Position numbers and translations under genes: made by a program. The notes beneath the pieces were generated by a model, which saw only the letters and a program-made list of their open reading frames with translations, ran no database searches and was not told the DNA's origin. From Acidimicrobiales bacterium (GTDB taxonomy: Bacteria > Actinomycetota > Acidimicrobiia > Acidimicrobiales > CATQHL01), in NCBI GenBank assembly GCA_965206165.1, contig OZ242194.1, positions 3,513,881-3,577,880 on the forward strand: a stretch of DNA of 64,000 bases, written 5' to 3'. The stretch's first letter is position 1; every line of letters begins with the position of its first letter. Of this stretch, positions 1 through 9,654 are shown piece after piece.

Positions 1-463
1 CCTCGGAGATGTCCCCGTCGCGTTCGAGAGCATCGAGGTCATGGCGAGCGGCGCGGCGCGTGTTGCGCACCGCCACCCGACCGGACTCGGCCATCGATCG
101 CACCAGCCGCACCAGTTCGCGGCGTCGCTCCTCGGTGAGCGGGGGGAAGTGCAGGCGGATCACCGATCCGTCCGTACTCGGGTTGAGTCCCAGGTCGGCG
201 CGCTGGATGGCCTTCTGTATGGCTTCGACCGAGCTCCTGTCGTACGGTGAGATGACGAGCAACTGGACCTCGGGAACGCTGAAGCCGGCAATCTGCTGAA
301 GGCTCACGTCCACCCCGTGGTAGTTGACCGTGAGGCGCTCGACCAGCACAGGGCTGGCCCGTCCGGTCCGCACGCCGCTGAACTCCTTGCGGGCGTGCGC
401 GACGGCCCGCTCCATCTTGTCGCGCGCTTCGTCGACAACGATCTCGATCAACTCTTCACTCAT
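1..463 (-). CDS. frr: ribosome recycling factor (C-terminus lies beyond window start)
   Basis: Own minus-strand translation from ATG (complement of 461-463): MSEELIEIVVDEARDKMERAVAHARKEFSGVRTGRASPVLVERLTVNYHGVDVSLQQIAGF... It stays open to position 1, so it is absent from the ORF track. It follows pyrH as in the conserved rpsB-tsf-pyrH-frr array. Confidence 0.9.
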   Translation of the reverse strand, partial: MSEELIEIVVDEARDKMERAVAHARKEFSGVRTGRASPVLVERLTVNYHGVDVSLQQIAGFSVPEVQLLVISPYDRSSVEAIQKAIQRADLGLNPSTDGSVIRLHFPPLTEERRRELVRLVRSMAESGRVAVRNTRRAARHDLDALERDGDISE

Positions 464-496
464 GCGGCACTCGCCTCGAGGTGTGCCCGCGGGCTC

Positions 497-1213
497 TCAG
501 GACACGATGGTACCTATCGGGAGCCCCTCGATGATGGACAGTACGTTGCCCTGCTGCATGAGATCGAACATCACGATCGGCAGATCGTTCTCCATGCACA
601 GTGTTGCGGCCGTTGCGTCCATGGCGCGGAGGCCGCCGCTCACGAGATCGACGAAGGAAATCCGGTCCAGCTTGACGGCCTCGGGGTTGGTGCGCGGATC
701 ATCGGTGTAGATCCCGTCGGTTCCCGAGTGGGTCCCCTTCAACAGCGCCTCCGCCTCCACTTCCACGGCCCTCAGCGCCGCTGCGGTGTCGGTCGTGAAG
801 AAGGGGTTTCCGGTCCCCGCGCCGAAGATCACCACGCGGCCCTTCTCGAGGTGGCGGATCGCCCGGCGGCGAATGTAGGGCTCGGCGATCTGGGCCATGT
901 GAATGGCGGTCTGAACCCGCGTGGGCTGGTTGAGGCGTTCGAGCGCGTCCTGCAGGGCCAGGGCATTGATGAGCGTCGCCAGCATCCCCATGTAGTCAGC
1001 CTGCGCCCGATCCATGCCGGCACCCGCGTGCTGCTCGCCCCGCCAGATGTTCCCCCCACCCACCACGACGGCAATCTCGACGCCGGCTTCGGTGCGGACC
1101 GAAGCGATCTCCGAGGCAATGGTCGCGGCGGTGCTGGCGTCGATGCCGTACCCCGCCGAGCCGGCGAACGCCTCGCCGGAGACTTTCAGCAGTATGCGAC
1201 TCCAGCGGGCCAT
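497..1213 (-). CDS. pyrH: UMP kinase
   Basis: ORF track 238 aa. [13 protein letters not shown]...[12 protein letters not shown] is the amino-acid-kinase-fold signature of PyrH. Located between tsf and frr. Confidence 0.95.
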   Translation of the reverse strand: MARWSRILLKVSGEAFAGSAGYGIDASTAATIASEIASVRTEAGVEIAVVVGGGNIWRGEQHAGAGMDRAQADYMGMLATLINALALQDALERLNQPTRVQTAIHMAQIAEPYIRRRAIRHLEKGRVVIFGAGTGNPFFTTDTAAALRAVEVEAEALLKGTHSGTDGIYTDDPRTNPEAVKLDRISFVDLVSGGLRAMDATAATLCMENDLPIVMFDLMQQGNVLSIIEGLPIGTIVS

Positions 1214-1215
1214 CG

Positions 1216-2004
1216 CTAACCCAGGTAGGCCTGTTCGAAGCGGACGATCCTCCCGCTTCCGATGCTCTGGGCAACCGTCGTCTTGTCGCCGTGGAGGCCC
1301 TGGTCGAGCAGGACGCTCTCGCGGAACCAGCCGCTCAGGCGGCCCTCGGTGATCTTGTCCCAGGCCCGCTCCGGACGCCCCTGCGCCTTGGTGATCTCCA
1401 GCGCCGAGGCTCGCTCGCGCTCCACGTCGGCAGCGGGCACCTCGCTGCGATCGAGGTAACGCGGCTTGGCGAACGCGATGTGCAGGGCGACCTGATGAAG
1501 GACGTCGGGATCAACGCCCTCACCCTCCACGATCACCCCGTTGACGCCGCGCCCGTCCTGGCGATGGAGGTAGGTGTCGACCGCATTGCCGTCCGCCGCC
1601 CCCATCTGCACGACCTTGCCGAGAGAGATGTTCTCCTTCTTCGCGAGGCGCAACGCGTCGATGCGGACAGCGAACGCCGCGGTGGCATCCGGGCCCTCGG
1701 CGAGGACGGCATCGGCGATCTCCCCCACACACGCCAGGAAGTCACCGGCCTTGGCGCTGAAATCAGTCTCCGAGCGAAGATGCACCAGCGACGCCCCGCC
1801 GTCGCCTGTGGCTATGGCGATGGCGCCCTCGGCGGCCTCGCGGTCCGCGCGTTCGGCGGCCTTCGCCAGGCCCTTCCGCTTGAGGATCTCCGCCGCCTCG
1901 ACAGGATCGCCCGCGGCCTCGATGAGGGCGCGCTTGGCGTCCATCATGCCCGCGCCGGTGGCGTCGCGCAGCGCCTTGACCTCTCTGGCCGATACCTGAA
2001 CCAT
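1216..2004 (-). CDS. tsf: translation elongation factor Ts
   Basis: ORF track 262 aa. N-terminal UBA-like motif [22 protein letters not shown]. Lies directly downstream of rpsB. Confidence 0.95.
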   Translation of the reverse strand: MVQVSAREVKALRDATGAGMMDAKRALIEAAGDPVEAAEILKRKGLAKAAERADREAAEGAIAIATGDGGASLVHLRSETDFSAKAGDFLACVGEIADAVLAEGPDATAAFAVRIDALRLAKKENISLGKVVQMGAADGNAVDTYLHRQDGRGVNGVIVEGEGVDPDVLHQVALHIAFAKPRYLDRSEVPAADVERERASALEITKAQGRPERAWDKITEGRLSGWFRESVLLDQGLHGDKTTVAQSIGSGRIVRFEQAYLG

Positions 2005-2012
2005 CTACCTGC

Positions 2013-2930
2013 TCAGCCTTCCTCGCCGACGGTCCCGCCGGACGGATCCTCGGGCTCCGGGGCGCCGCCGTCGGGTACCGTGCCGGAGGCCCCGCCGGCC
2101 TCTTCGAGGCTGCGGGCAACCCTGGCCTCCCGGACGCGCATCTCGGCGGCGGCCGCCGCCGCGGCCTCTGCCTGCCGCCGCGCGATCTCGGCCTCCTCCT
2201 CGGCGGTGCGTTGCGGCGTCAGTGGCACCGCGCCGCGCGTCTCCCCCAGCCGGCGACCCTCGAGCACGGCGTCGCTCATGATGCGGCACATGAGCTCGCC
2301 CGCGCGGATGGTGTCGTCGTTACCGGGGATGACGTAGCTGACCACGTCGGGGTCGCAGTTGGTGTCCACCACGGCGATCAGGGGGATGCCCAGCTTGTTC
2401 GCCTCGCTCACCGCGATGTGCTCGGCTTTGGTGTCGAGAACGAACACCGCCTCGGGAGGTGTGTCCATCTGGCCGATGCCTCCCAGGTTGCGCTCCAGCT
2501 TGGCGAGCTCGCGCTGCAGACTGAGCGCCTCCTTCTTCGGCATCGCGTCGAATCCGCCGGTTTCCCGCATGCGCTGGTACTCCTGCATCTTGTGCACGCG
2601 CTTGAAGATCGTCTGGATGTTGGTCAGGGTTCCACCCAGCCACCGCTGATTCACGAAGGGCATACCGCAGCGCTTGGCGTGGATCTCGACGCTGGGTTGG
2701 ATCTGCTTCTTGGTGCCGACGAAGAGGAGCGTCCCCCCTTCCGCCACCGTGTCCCGCACGAACGAGTACGCGGCCTCGATTCGAGCCAGCGTCTGCTTGA
2801 GGTCGATGATGTAGATACCGGAGATATCCCCGTAGATGAACCTCTTCATCTTCGGGTTCCATCGCCGGGTCTGGTGCCCGAAGTGGACACCTGCTTCCAC
2901 CAGCTGGCTCATGGTCACAACAGGTGCCAT
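2013..2930 (-). CDS. rpsB: 30S ribosomal protein S2 with Ala/Glu-rich C-terminal tail
   Basis: Lower part of ORF 2013..3590. Start set at ATG 2930 ([34 protein letters not shown]), preceded by GGAGGAG (complement of 2934-2940). The upstream part of the ORF is Arg/Pro-rich noise. Confidence 0.93.
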   Translation of the reverse strand: MAPVVTMSQLVEAGVHFGHQTRRWNPKMKRFIYGDISGIYIIDLKQTLARIEAAYSFVRDTVAEGGTLLFVGTKKQIQPSVEIHAKRCGMPFVNQRWLGGTLTNIQTIFKRVHKMQEYQRMRETGGFDAMPKKEALSLQRELAKLERNLGGIGQMDTPPEAVFVLDTKAEHIAVSEANKLGIPLIAVVDTNCDPDVVSYVIPGNDDTIRAGELMCRIMSDAVLEGRRLGETRGAVPLTPQRTAEEEAEIARRQAEAAAAAAAEMRVREARVARSLEEAGGASGTVPDGGAPEPEDPSGGTVGEEG

Positions 2931-3006
2931 GGTCTCCTCCCCATCGGTTGGGTCACAGCCCGCGCCCGGCACCGCGAAGGCGACCGTGGGAGGGCGCGGA
3001 CGGAAA

Positions 3007-3033
3007 GTCGTCGGATACAGGTCGTCGGATACA
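3007..3033. repeat. tandem 13-nt direct repeat (14-nt period) in the rpsB upstream region
   Basis: gtcgtcggataca occurs at 3007-3019 and 3021-3033, which reads TGTATCCGACGAC x2 on the rpsB strand. It lies about 80-100 nt upstream of the rpsB ATG. Confidence 0.8.
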
Positions 3034-3058
3034 CGTGGCCCGAAGGCCGCCGGGCAGT

Positions 3059-3607
3059 TTACCGACCAGGCGCCGGTCTCCGCGCCCGGCCGGAGCGACC
3101 CGATGGCCGCGACACCGAACGGCCACCGCCCGCCCACGAGGCATGGAGCCGTGCCACCGGAACCAGCCGAGCGCGCCCGGTGGCGCCCAGCAGGACAGCC
3201 GGATCGACGTAGGCCTCCCCGATCCGGGCGCCGAAGTGGAGAGAGGCACCGGCGGTGCCGACGATGTGGCCCGCCCCGACTCGCTGCCCCGCGCGGACCG
3301 CAACGGTCGCCAGGCGCGAGTAGCTCGTCCGCACGCCGTCGGGGTGCGCCACTGTGACATGCCGATCCCGGCCCACCTTCCCGGCGAAGGACACGATTCC
3401 CGGCGCGGCCGCCCGGACGGCGGTACCAGGACGGGTGGCGTACTCCAGACCTCTGTTGCCCGGCGCACCGATGTGCGCGGGCGGGCGGAAGGCGTCGATC
3501 ACCGGAGCGTCGACAGGAGGTCGGTAGGTGACGACGGCGACGCCGTAACGCGGCGGTGTGGTCCAGGCGCCGGCAGGCGCTGCGACACACAGCACTCCGG
3601 CACCCAT
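3059..3607 (-). CDS. secreted M23/LytM-family metallopeptidase
   Basis: C-terminal part of ORF 3059..4660: [50 protein letters not shown]...[18 protein letters not shown]. Short hydrophobic N-terminus [15 protein letters not shown]. The start is uncertain, because only 35 nt separate it from the xerC stop. Confidence 0.75.
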   Translation of the reverse strand: MGAGVLCVAAPAGAWTTPPRYGVAVVTYRPPVDAPVIDAFRPPAHIGAPGNRGLEYATRPGTAVRAAAPGIVSFAGKVGRDRHVTVAHPDGVRTSYSRLATVAVRAGQRVGAGHIVGTAGASLHFGARIGEAYVDPAVLLGATGRARLVPVARLHASWAGGGRSVSRPSGRSGRARRPAPGR

Positions 3608-3642
3608 GGCAACGGCAAGTACCGCCGTGGCGGCCGATTTCC

Positions 3643-4551
3643 TCAGCCGCGCGGGTGCGCGGACTCGATCACCGAGCGCAGCCGTCGCCGGCTGACATGG
3701 GTATAGATCTGTGTCGTGCCGAGGCTCTCGTGCCCGAGCAACTCCTGCACGGAGCGGAGGTCGGCCCCGCCGTCGAGAAGATGCGTGGCGAACGTGTGGC
3801 GCAGGGCGTGCGGGTGCGTCGGTTCGGGTGCCCGGCGATCCATGATCCGCCGCACGTCGCGAGGGGTCAGCGGCCGGTCCCGCTGGTTCCGGAACAAGGG
3901 ACCATCGTCGCTGAGACCCGTGCGGTAGGTTGCCGCCTCGCCAGCGCCGGCGGCCGAGTGGTGTGCGTCGAAGTAGCGCTGCACAGCCCGCACCGCCGGA
4001 GCGGAGAGCGGTAGCAGACGCTGCTTGCCGCCCTTGCCGGTGACCCGGACCCTTCCCCTCGCCAGATCGAGATCCGCCGGACGCAACGCGCACAGTTCGG
4101 CCACGCGCAATCCGCTGCCGTAGAGCAATTCCAGGACGACGTCGTCGCGCAGGCGCCTCAGGGGCGCGTCGCCGGAAGCGGCCGGGGCGCGTCCGGCGAT
4201 GAGGGCCTCGATGGTGCGTTCGGAGAGCACCTCCGGGAGGCGGGCCGTTCCCGCCGGCGTCGACAGCCCGATGCACGGATCGCTCGGGCAGCGCCCCGAC
4301 TGCTCGGCCCACCGGAAATACCGTCGCAGCACCGAGGCCTTGCGGGCCACGGTGCGCGGGGCGTAGCCGTCGCGGGTGAGGCCCGCCAGGTAGCGGCGCA
4401 GATCCTTGCGGCCGACGGCGGTGGGTGTCGCCAGCGACCGGCGAGCGGCCCAATCCACAAAGGCGTCCAGATCTCGCCGGTAAACGGCGACGGAGGAGGG
4501 TGCGAGTCGCACCAGCGAGGCGCAGAAGGCGTCCGACGCCCACGCTGACAT
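3643..4551 (-). CDS. xerC: site-specific tyrosine recombinase XerC
   Basis: ORF track 302 aa. Catalytic C-terminus [39 protein letters not shown]. Position after rpsB/M23 matches other Actinobacteria. Confidence 0.9.
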   Translation of the reverse strand: MSAWASDAFCASLVRLAPSSVAVYRRDLDAFVDWAARRSLATPTAVGRKDLRRYLAGLTRDGYAPRTVARKASVLRRYFRWAEQSGRCPSDPCIGLSTPAGTARLPEVLSERTIEALIAGRAPAASGDAPLRRLRDDVVLELLYGSGLRVAELCALRPADLDLARGRVRVTGKGGKQRLLPLSAPAVRAVQRYFDAHHSAAGAGEAATYRTGLSDDGPLFRNQRDRPLTPRDVRRIMDRRAPEPTHPHALRHTFATHLLDGGADLRSVQELLGHESLGTTQIYTHVSRRRLRSVIESAHPRG

Positions 4552-4613
4552 GCATCGAGGTTACCAACCGCGCCCGGCGCGCCGAGGCATGGTGCAACCG
4601 GAGGTCCCCGCCG

Positions 4614-5888
4614 TCACGATCCCCGGGGGGCGCCGGACGCCAGCTCGGCGCGGCGCTCATACCACAGTCCCCGCCGCTCGAGCAGGCCCGCCACGCTGAG
4701 ATTCTCGAGATGCCACGAGAGTTCTCCCAGGTCGATCCCAGTTCGCGCCGCGATCATCTCCAGGGTGGCCGGCATCCAGTCGAAGGCGCCGAGGACCGCC
4801 GCCGAGACGGCAGGATCCTCTGCGGCGATGCCCTCCGAGGCCCGCACTCGCAGGGGCAGCCGCGTCCGCTCGATGTCGAGCAGCACGAGCAGATCCTCGA
4901 TGTCGCACACCACCCCGCACCCCTCGGCGATGAGACGATTCGACCCGACCGAGGCCGGGCTGCGAATCGGTCCAGGAACTGCGGCCACGGTGCGGCCACG
5001 CCGCGCCGCCTCGGTGACGGTGCCGATGGCGCCGCCGTCGGCATGGGACTCGACGACGATGCAGGCGTCACCCAGCGCGGCCATGATCCGGTTGCGTGCC
5101 GGGAACCGCCACCGTTCGGGCGGCGCCCCCAGGGGCGCCTCGGAGAGGAGCAGACCTCTCTGCGCCACCATCTTCCACAGCACCGCGTTCTCGCGGGGAT
5201 AGATGCGGTCGAGCCCGCTACCCACCACTCCCACCGGTGGCACTTCGTCGGCGGCCAGGGCACCGGCGTGGGCAGCCGCGTCGATCCCGACCGCAAGTCC
5301 GGAGATCACCGTGACACCGTGGGCCGCAGCCGTCCTGCCGAGATCGAAGGCGACGTCGGCGCCGTACCGCGTGCATCGCCGGGTGCCGACAATGGTGATC
5401 GTCGGGCGCTCGAGAAGCTCCGGTGCACCCTGGGCGAAAAGCACTGCGGGCGGCTCGGAGTCTCCGATGAGCCGCTTCGGGTAGTGCGGTGCACCACGAC
5501 GCGCCACCCTGACCCCGGATCGGGCGTGGCGCCGGTGGATCTCGGCCGGGTCGGCCCTCGCCGCGTCCTTGCCCCAGCGATGCGCCACCCGCTCGCCGAC
5601 TCTCGCCACCGCCGCGGCCTCCGCGAGCCTCCCGGTGCTTAGAACGTCCCACGCATCCGCCGGCTCCCAGCGCTCCAGGAGGCGTTCGAGGCGCGCCGGA
5701 CCCATGCCGGCGAGGCTCGTCAGCGCCGCCAGAAAGGCCTCCTCGGCGAGTTCGGCCCCCGCGGAACGTCCGAGCGCCACCCCATCATCGGAGCCCGAGA
5801 GCGCGGTCACCCGGTCGGCGTCGAGGGAACTCCCCTCCGACGCCATCGCCGCGCCCGCAATCCCGGGATCCGGTTCTTCAGGCCACAT
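4614..5888 (-). CDS. dprA: DNA processing/protecting protein DprA
   Basis: ORF track 424 aa. DprA Rossmann core ITIVGTRRCTRYG...ISGLAVGIDAAAHAGAL...GSGLDRIYPRENAVLW...FPARNRIMAAL. Confidence 0.9.
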   Translation of the reverse strand: MWPEEPDPGIAGAAMASEGSSLDADRVTALSGSDDGVALGRSAGAELAEEAFLAALTSLAGMGPARLERLLERWEPADAWDVLSTGRLAEAAAVARVGERVAHRWGKDAARADPAEIHRRHARSGVRVARRGAPHYPKRLIGDSEPPAVLFAQGAPELLERPTITIVGTRRCTRYGADVAFDLGRTAAAHGVTVISGLAVGIDAAAHAGALAADEVPPVGVVGSGLDRIYPRENAVLWKMVAQRGLLLSEAPLGAPPERWRFPARNRIMAALGDACIVVESHADGGAIGTVTEAARRGRTVAAVPGPIRSPASVGSNRLIAEGCGVVCDIEDLLVLLDIERTRLPLRVRASEGIAAEDPAVSAAVLGAFDWMPATLEMIAARTGIDLGELSWHLENLSVAGLLERRGLWYERRAELASGAPRGS

Positions 5889-7407
5889 GGCTACCCGCGT
5901 ACGAGCGGTCCAGCCAGATCGGGTTGTTCCGCAACTGCAGCGCCAGAGCCATCTCCGAGCCGCGCAGCGGCGGCGTGCGACCGGCGAGGTCGCAGATCGT
6001 CAACCCCACGCAGCGAACCCGCTGCAGGCCGCGGGCACTCAACTGCCCGGAGGCCACCGCCCGTTCCGCCAACCGCGCCGCCTCCGGCGCCAGCGGCGCC
6101 AGACGTTCGAGAGCCGAGGCGCCCAGCATGCTGTTGCAGCGAACGCCGCGACGCGTCGCCTGGTCGCGCGCTGCGAGGACCCGCTCGCGCACGGCGACGG
6201 AGGACTCCCCGGGCCTGCCGCGGAACAGTTCCTCCGCCGTCGGGCGATGCACGAACAGACGCATGTCGAACCGATCCAGCAGAGGCCCCGAGAGGCGCCG
6301 GGCGTAGCGCATGCGAGCCGCGTCGCTGCAGCGACACTGTCCCGGACCGCCGGCGTTGCCGCACGGGCAGGGGTTCATCGACCCCACCAGCACGAACTCC
6401 GCCGGGAACGTGGCCGAGCCGACCGCCCGGCTGACCCTGATGACTCCGTCCTCCAGCGGCTGGCGTAGGGAGTCCAGCACCACCGGGGAGAACTCCCCCA
6501 ACTCGTCGAGGAAGAGCACGCCCCCGTGAGCGGCGCTGATCTCGCCGGGCCGCAGAGAGCGCGACCCTCCCCCGACGAGCGCAACCATGGTGGTGCTGTG
6601 GTGGGGTGCCCGGAACGGCGGCCGGATGATGAGTTGGCTGGTCGGCACTCCGAAGTCGCCGGCGGAGTAGATGCGCGTGACGACCCTCGCCGTGTCCCTC
6701 TCCAGCGGCGGGAGCAGCCCCGGGAGGCGCCGGGCAAGCATCGTCTTGCCGGCGCCGGGCGGGCCGACCATGAGCAGGTGATGCCCGCCCGCGGCGGCGA
6801 TCTCCAGCGCCCGTCGCCCGACCGGCTGGCCGCGCACGTCCCGCAGGTCCTCCGCCGGAGCGGACAGAGGCTGCGGGGGCGACAGGGGCGGCGTGACCCA
6901 CTCCGCCTCGCGGCGAAGGCATTTCACCAACTCCTCGATGTTGGAGGCGCAACGGGCCTCCGTGTCACCGCTGAGGCGGGCCTCGGCGAATGCGTCGGCG
7001 GCGACGACCACACGGGAGCAGCTCACAGCATCGACCATGCTCAGCGTTCCCGGGACCCGCCGCAGTGCGCCGTTGAGACCCAACTCGGCAACGAAGGCGA
7101 AGTCGTCGACCAGCGCCGCCGGCAACACCTTGTTCGCCACCAGCAGAGCGACGGCGATGGCCAGATCGAGTCCAGCGCCCTCCTTGCGCAGCCCGGTCGG
7201 CGCCAGGTTGACGGTGACGCGCTTGAGGGGCCACTTGAATCCGCTCGACAGGAGTGCGGCGCGGACCCGGTCGCGGGACTCCCGGCACGACGCGTCGGGC
7301 AGCCCCACGATTGTGAATCCGGGGATGCCGTCCGAGACATGGACCTCGACGTCAACGGCCTGCCCGATCACCCCTTGCAGGACAGCCGACGGGATCTTGG
7401 CCAGCAT
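5878..7407 (-). CDS. comM: YifB/ComM family Mg-chelatase-like AAA+ ATPase
   Basis: ORF 5878..7464. Start moved to ATG 7407 (MLAKIPSAVLQGVIGQAVDVEVHV...), which has GGAGGGAGG just upstream. Walker A is GPPGAGKTMLARRLPGLLPPL. Overlaps the dprA start by 11 nt. Confidence 0.9.
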   Translation of the reverse strand: MLAKIPSAVLQGVIGQAVDVEVHVSDGIPGFTIVGLPDASCRESRDRVRAALLSSGFKWPLKRVTVNLAPTGLRKEGAGLDLAIAVALLVANKVLPAALVDDFAFVAELGLNGALRRVPGTLSMVDAVSCSRVVVAADAFAEARLSGDTEARCASNIEELVKCLRREAEWVTPPLSPPQPLSAPAEDLRDVRGQPVGRRALEIAAAGGHHLLMVGPPGAGKTMLARRLPGLLPPLERDTARVVTRIYSAGDFGVPTSQLIIRPPFRAPHHSTTMVALVGGGSRSLRPGEISAAHGGVLFLDELGEFSPVVLDSLRQPLEDGVIRVSRAVGSATFPAEFVLVGSMNPCPCGNAGGPGQCRCSDAARMRYARRLSGPLLDRFDMRLFVHRPTAEELFRGRPGESSVAVRERVLAARDQATRRGVRCNSMLGASALERLAPLAPEAARLAERAVASGQLSARGLQRVRCVGLTICDLAGRTPPLRGSEMALALQLRNNPIWLDRSYAGSHVA

Positions 7408-7494
7408 CGGATACCTCCCTCCTCGTCGCCGAACATTCCTCCGGCGGCCGGACCGGCCTGCCAAGTCGTGCGAGGGGGAGCAGAAGTTGGCTCC

Positions 7495-7545
7495 GATAGT
7501 GATCTATATATACCGAGAGAACGCCATATTTCCAAACAGTCCGGC
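7495..7545. promoter_or_regulatory. AT-rich block in the comM / small-ORF divergent intergenic region
   Basis: gatagtgatctatatataccgagagaacgccatatttccaaacag. This is the only AT-rich stretch between 7408 and 7693 and contains TATATATA. It is a candidate -10 region for either or both divergent transcripts. Confidence 0.3.
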
Positions 7546-7693
7546 CGACATGGCAGCCTGCGCAGCCGACCGGCGTTAGCAGACGTGCCCTCGGGACGAG
7601 GTCTCGGCTGCTCCGTCGTCGGGGCCGGAGAGACTCCGTAGCCTTTCCTGGGAGGCCTCAGCCCGGCGGCAGGCAGGGCACGAGAGGAGAGGC

Positions 7694-7804
7694 ATGGGGT
7701 TCGATCCCACCCGGCGATGGCGGCGGCGGCGCACCGACTACCTCTTCGTGGGACTCGGCCTGGCCGTCTGCATCCTGGCGGTCATCTGGGGGATCTGGGG
7801 ATGA
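7694..7804 (+). CDS. 36-aa single-pass membrane peptide (not in ORF track, below 60 aa)
   Basis: Own reading: ATG 7694 preceded by GAGAGGAGAGG. Translation is MGFDPTRRWRRRRTDYLFVGLGLAVCILAVIWGIWG*, a basic N-tail followed by one hydrophobic helix. 32 of 36 codons end in G/C. The stop overlaps the next ATG (ATGA at 7801-7804). Confidence 0.55.
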   Translation: MGFDPTRRWRRRRTDYLFVGLGLAVCILAVIWGIWG

Positions 7805-8001
7805 ACACACCGAGCGAGACGACAGAGGTGCGGTGCATCCAGCCGTACCAGGCCCGCAAGACGTACGTCTGCGGCGGCTGCAACAACGAGATCCCGCCCG
7901 CAACGGGCCACGTCGTGGTCGTACCGACCGAGGCGCCGGACCTCCGCCGGCACTGGCACCACTCCTGCTGGCAGCGGCGCGATCGACTCGGGAGTCGCTG
8001 A
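7801..8001 (+). CDS. small conserved zinc-ribbon-like protein
   Basis: Inner ATG of ORF 7717..8001: MNTPSETTEVRCIQPYQARKTYVCGGCNNEIPPATGHVVVVPTEAPDLRRHWHHSCWQRR. It has a CxxC plus an H/C cluster. I recall similar small proteins in Streptomyces and Mycobacterium annotated only as conserved hypothetical. Confidence 0.6.
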   Translation: MNTPSETTEVRCIQPYQARKTYVCGGCNNEIPPATGHVVVVPTEAPDLRRHWHHSCWQRRDRLGSR

Positions 8002-8053
8002 GCCGACCCCGCGCCAGGTGCCCGCAGGCGTCGAGGCGAAGCCGGATCGCTTC

Positions 8054-8653
8054 TCAACCGTCGAATCCCGGCGGTGGCGTCCAGGCCACGGCCATCACCT
8101 CAACGGCGGTCGCTCCCCCACCGCGAAGGAGCCGGGCCGCCGTGGCAAGTGTCGATCCGGTGGTCAGCACGTCGTCGATGACCAGCACTCTCGCCGGCAC
8201 TGGGGAGCGGCAGCGCAGCCGGGGACCCGCCGCCCGGCCGGAGCGAGTGCGGGCCGTCTGCGGCAGATCCCTGCCACGCGCCAGCAATCGCCGGCAGGGA
8301 ATACCGAGGCGTAGCGCCACTTCCCGGGCGAGCAACTCACCCTGGTCGTACCCTCGACGTCGACGGTTCGCCGGCGTGGCCGGGGTCCACGTGATGGCGT
8401 CGGTGCCCGGCGGGGCGATCGCAGCCAGAGAGGGACCCAGCCGGCGTACCAGGCGATGCGCCCCGGCGTACTTGAGTGCGCCGATCACGCTGCTGCCCAC
8501 CTCGTCGTACACGAAGAGGGCACGCGCCCCGTCGGCGCCGGGCGGCGGCAGTAGTGGCGGCGCCTGTGCCAACTCTGAGAAGCACGATCCGCACAGCAGT
8601 ACGTCGCTCGCGCCGCACACGACGCAGCGAAGCGGAATCAGCACGGCCGACAT
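8054..8653 (-). CDS. comF: ComF-family phosphoribosyltransferase-domain protein
   Basis: ORF 8054..8662. N-terminal zinc-finger cysteines (CVVCG...CGSC). C-terminal PRTase motif RVLVIDDVLTTGSTLATA. The start is either ATG 8653 or TTG 8662. Confidence 0.8.
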   Translation of the reverse strand: MSAVLIPLRCVVCGASDVLLCGSCFSELAQAPPLLPPPGADGARALFVYDEVGSSVIGALKYAGAHRLVRRLGPSLAAIAPPGTDAITWTPATPANRRRRGYDQGELLAREVALRLGIPCRRLLARGRDLPQTARTRSGRAAGPRLRCRSPVPARVLVIDDVLTTGSTLATAARLLRGGGATAVEVMAVAWTPPPGFDG

Positions 8654-8856
8654 CCTACCCAAGGGAGGCTGGTTCAGTAGTTATTGATGTGTTCCCATAT
8701 CTGTCAATGAGGGCGCCAGCAGGGTTCTCGACATGCCCAAGGCCTGGGACGCGCCTCGCGGGAGCGTTCGCACCGCACGCCCTGCCGCGAAGCCCGCAAC
8801 GCCCGGAGGCGCGACCCAGCAAGCAAACGGTCGCGAACCACCTACCCTTGCCAGCC

Positions 8857-9654
8857 GTGCGGAATCCGGGCGACTTCTTGTTGGAGAATCTCGGCGGTGG
8901 CGTCTGGGGCCACGACGCCGACGAAAGCTGGTGGGGCTTCAACGGCCTGTTCGGCGGCTACCTCGTCAGCCTGGCCGCGCTGGCGTGTGAGGCGACCGTG
9001 GCCGACCCCGACCGCCCGCTGCGCAGCATCACCATGCAGTTCCTGCGGCCCGCGCCCGCCGGGCGCCTGCTTATCGAGGTCACGACCGAGCGGGCAGGGC
9101 GCTCCGTCTGGTTCCTCTCGGGACGGATCACGGCGGAGGGAAAGCTCTGCGCCCTGTTCCTGGTCGTCGCCGCGACCGATCAGGACGGCCAGGAATTCAC
9201 GAACCGGACGATGCCCGAAGTCCCCGCGTTCGAGGAGAGCAGCGACAACGCCGCTCCTCGCATCTTCGCCCTCCCGGTGTTCGACCACTTCGAGGAGCGG
9301 GAGATCCACCGCGACGGTTCCAGCGTGCTCGTCTGGGTCCGCCCGAACTACCCAACGGAGATCGACCTGTCGCTGGTTCTCATGGCTTGCGACGTGATCC
9401 CACCGGTTGCCATCGGTCGCGTGAGCGATCCCCACTTGGCCGGGACCATCACGCTCACCGCGAACCTCCGCTCACCGCTGCCGGTGCCCGCGAGCGCCGG
9501 TGCGCCGGTGCTGGTGGAGTTGCACACTTCGTCATCGACCGGAGGCCACGTGGACGAGACGGCCCTCGCCTGGTCCCCGGACGGGCAACTCCTCGCAGAG
9601 AGCCACCAGGTCCGCTTCCTGCGCCGAGCCCAAGAGGGATTCATCGGCCACTGA
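8857..9654 (+). CDS. acyl-CoA thioesterase-like (double hot-dog, TesB-like) protein
   Basis: 3' part of ORF 8476..9654. GFNGLFGGYLVSLAALACEA...ITMQFLRPAPAG...VWVRP...LVLMACDVIPP resembles thioesterase-like superfamily proteins. Start set at in-frame GTG 8857, because the upstream ORF part is Arg/Pro-rich. The start is uncertain. Confidence 0.6.
   Translation: MRNPGDFLLENLGGGVWGHDADESWWGFNGLFGGYLVSLAALACEATVADPDRPLRSITMQFLRPAPAGRLLIEVTTERAGRSVWFLSGRITAEGKLCALFLVVAATDQDGQEFTNRTMPEVPAFEESSDNAAPRIFALPVFDHFEEREIHRDGSSVLVWVRPNYPTEIDLSLVLMACDVIPPVAIGRVSDPHLAGTITLTANLRSPLPVPASAGAPVLVELHTSSSTGGHVDETALAWSPDGQLLAESHQVRFLRRAQEGFIGH

Noticed and set aside
2931-3590. N-terminal extensions of track ORFs. 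Examples are rpsB to 3590, biotin carboxylase to 17626, bioD to 10831, DLH to 25831 and KipI-like to 16236.
   Set aside because: In each case an internal start has an RBS and/or a 4-nt overlap with the upstream stop, and family-typical N-terminal motifs begin there. The extensions are Arg/Pro-rich and overlap the neighbouring real gene.
7694-7715. tRNA-like T-arm sequence GGGGTTCGATCCCACC
   Set aside because: The flanks cannot form a 5-bp T-stem, an acceptor stem or an anticodon arm when I try to fold 7640-7715. The segment sits inside a small ORF with strong coding bias, so it is a chance resemblance or at most a tiny relic.
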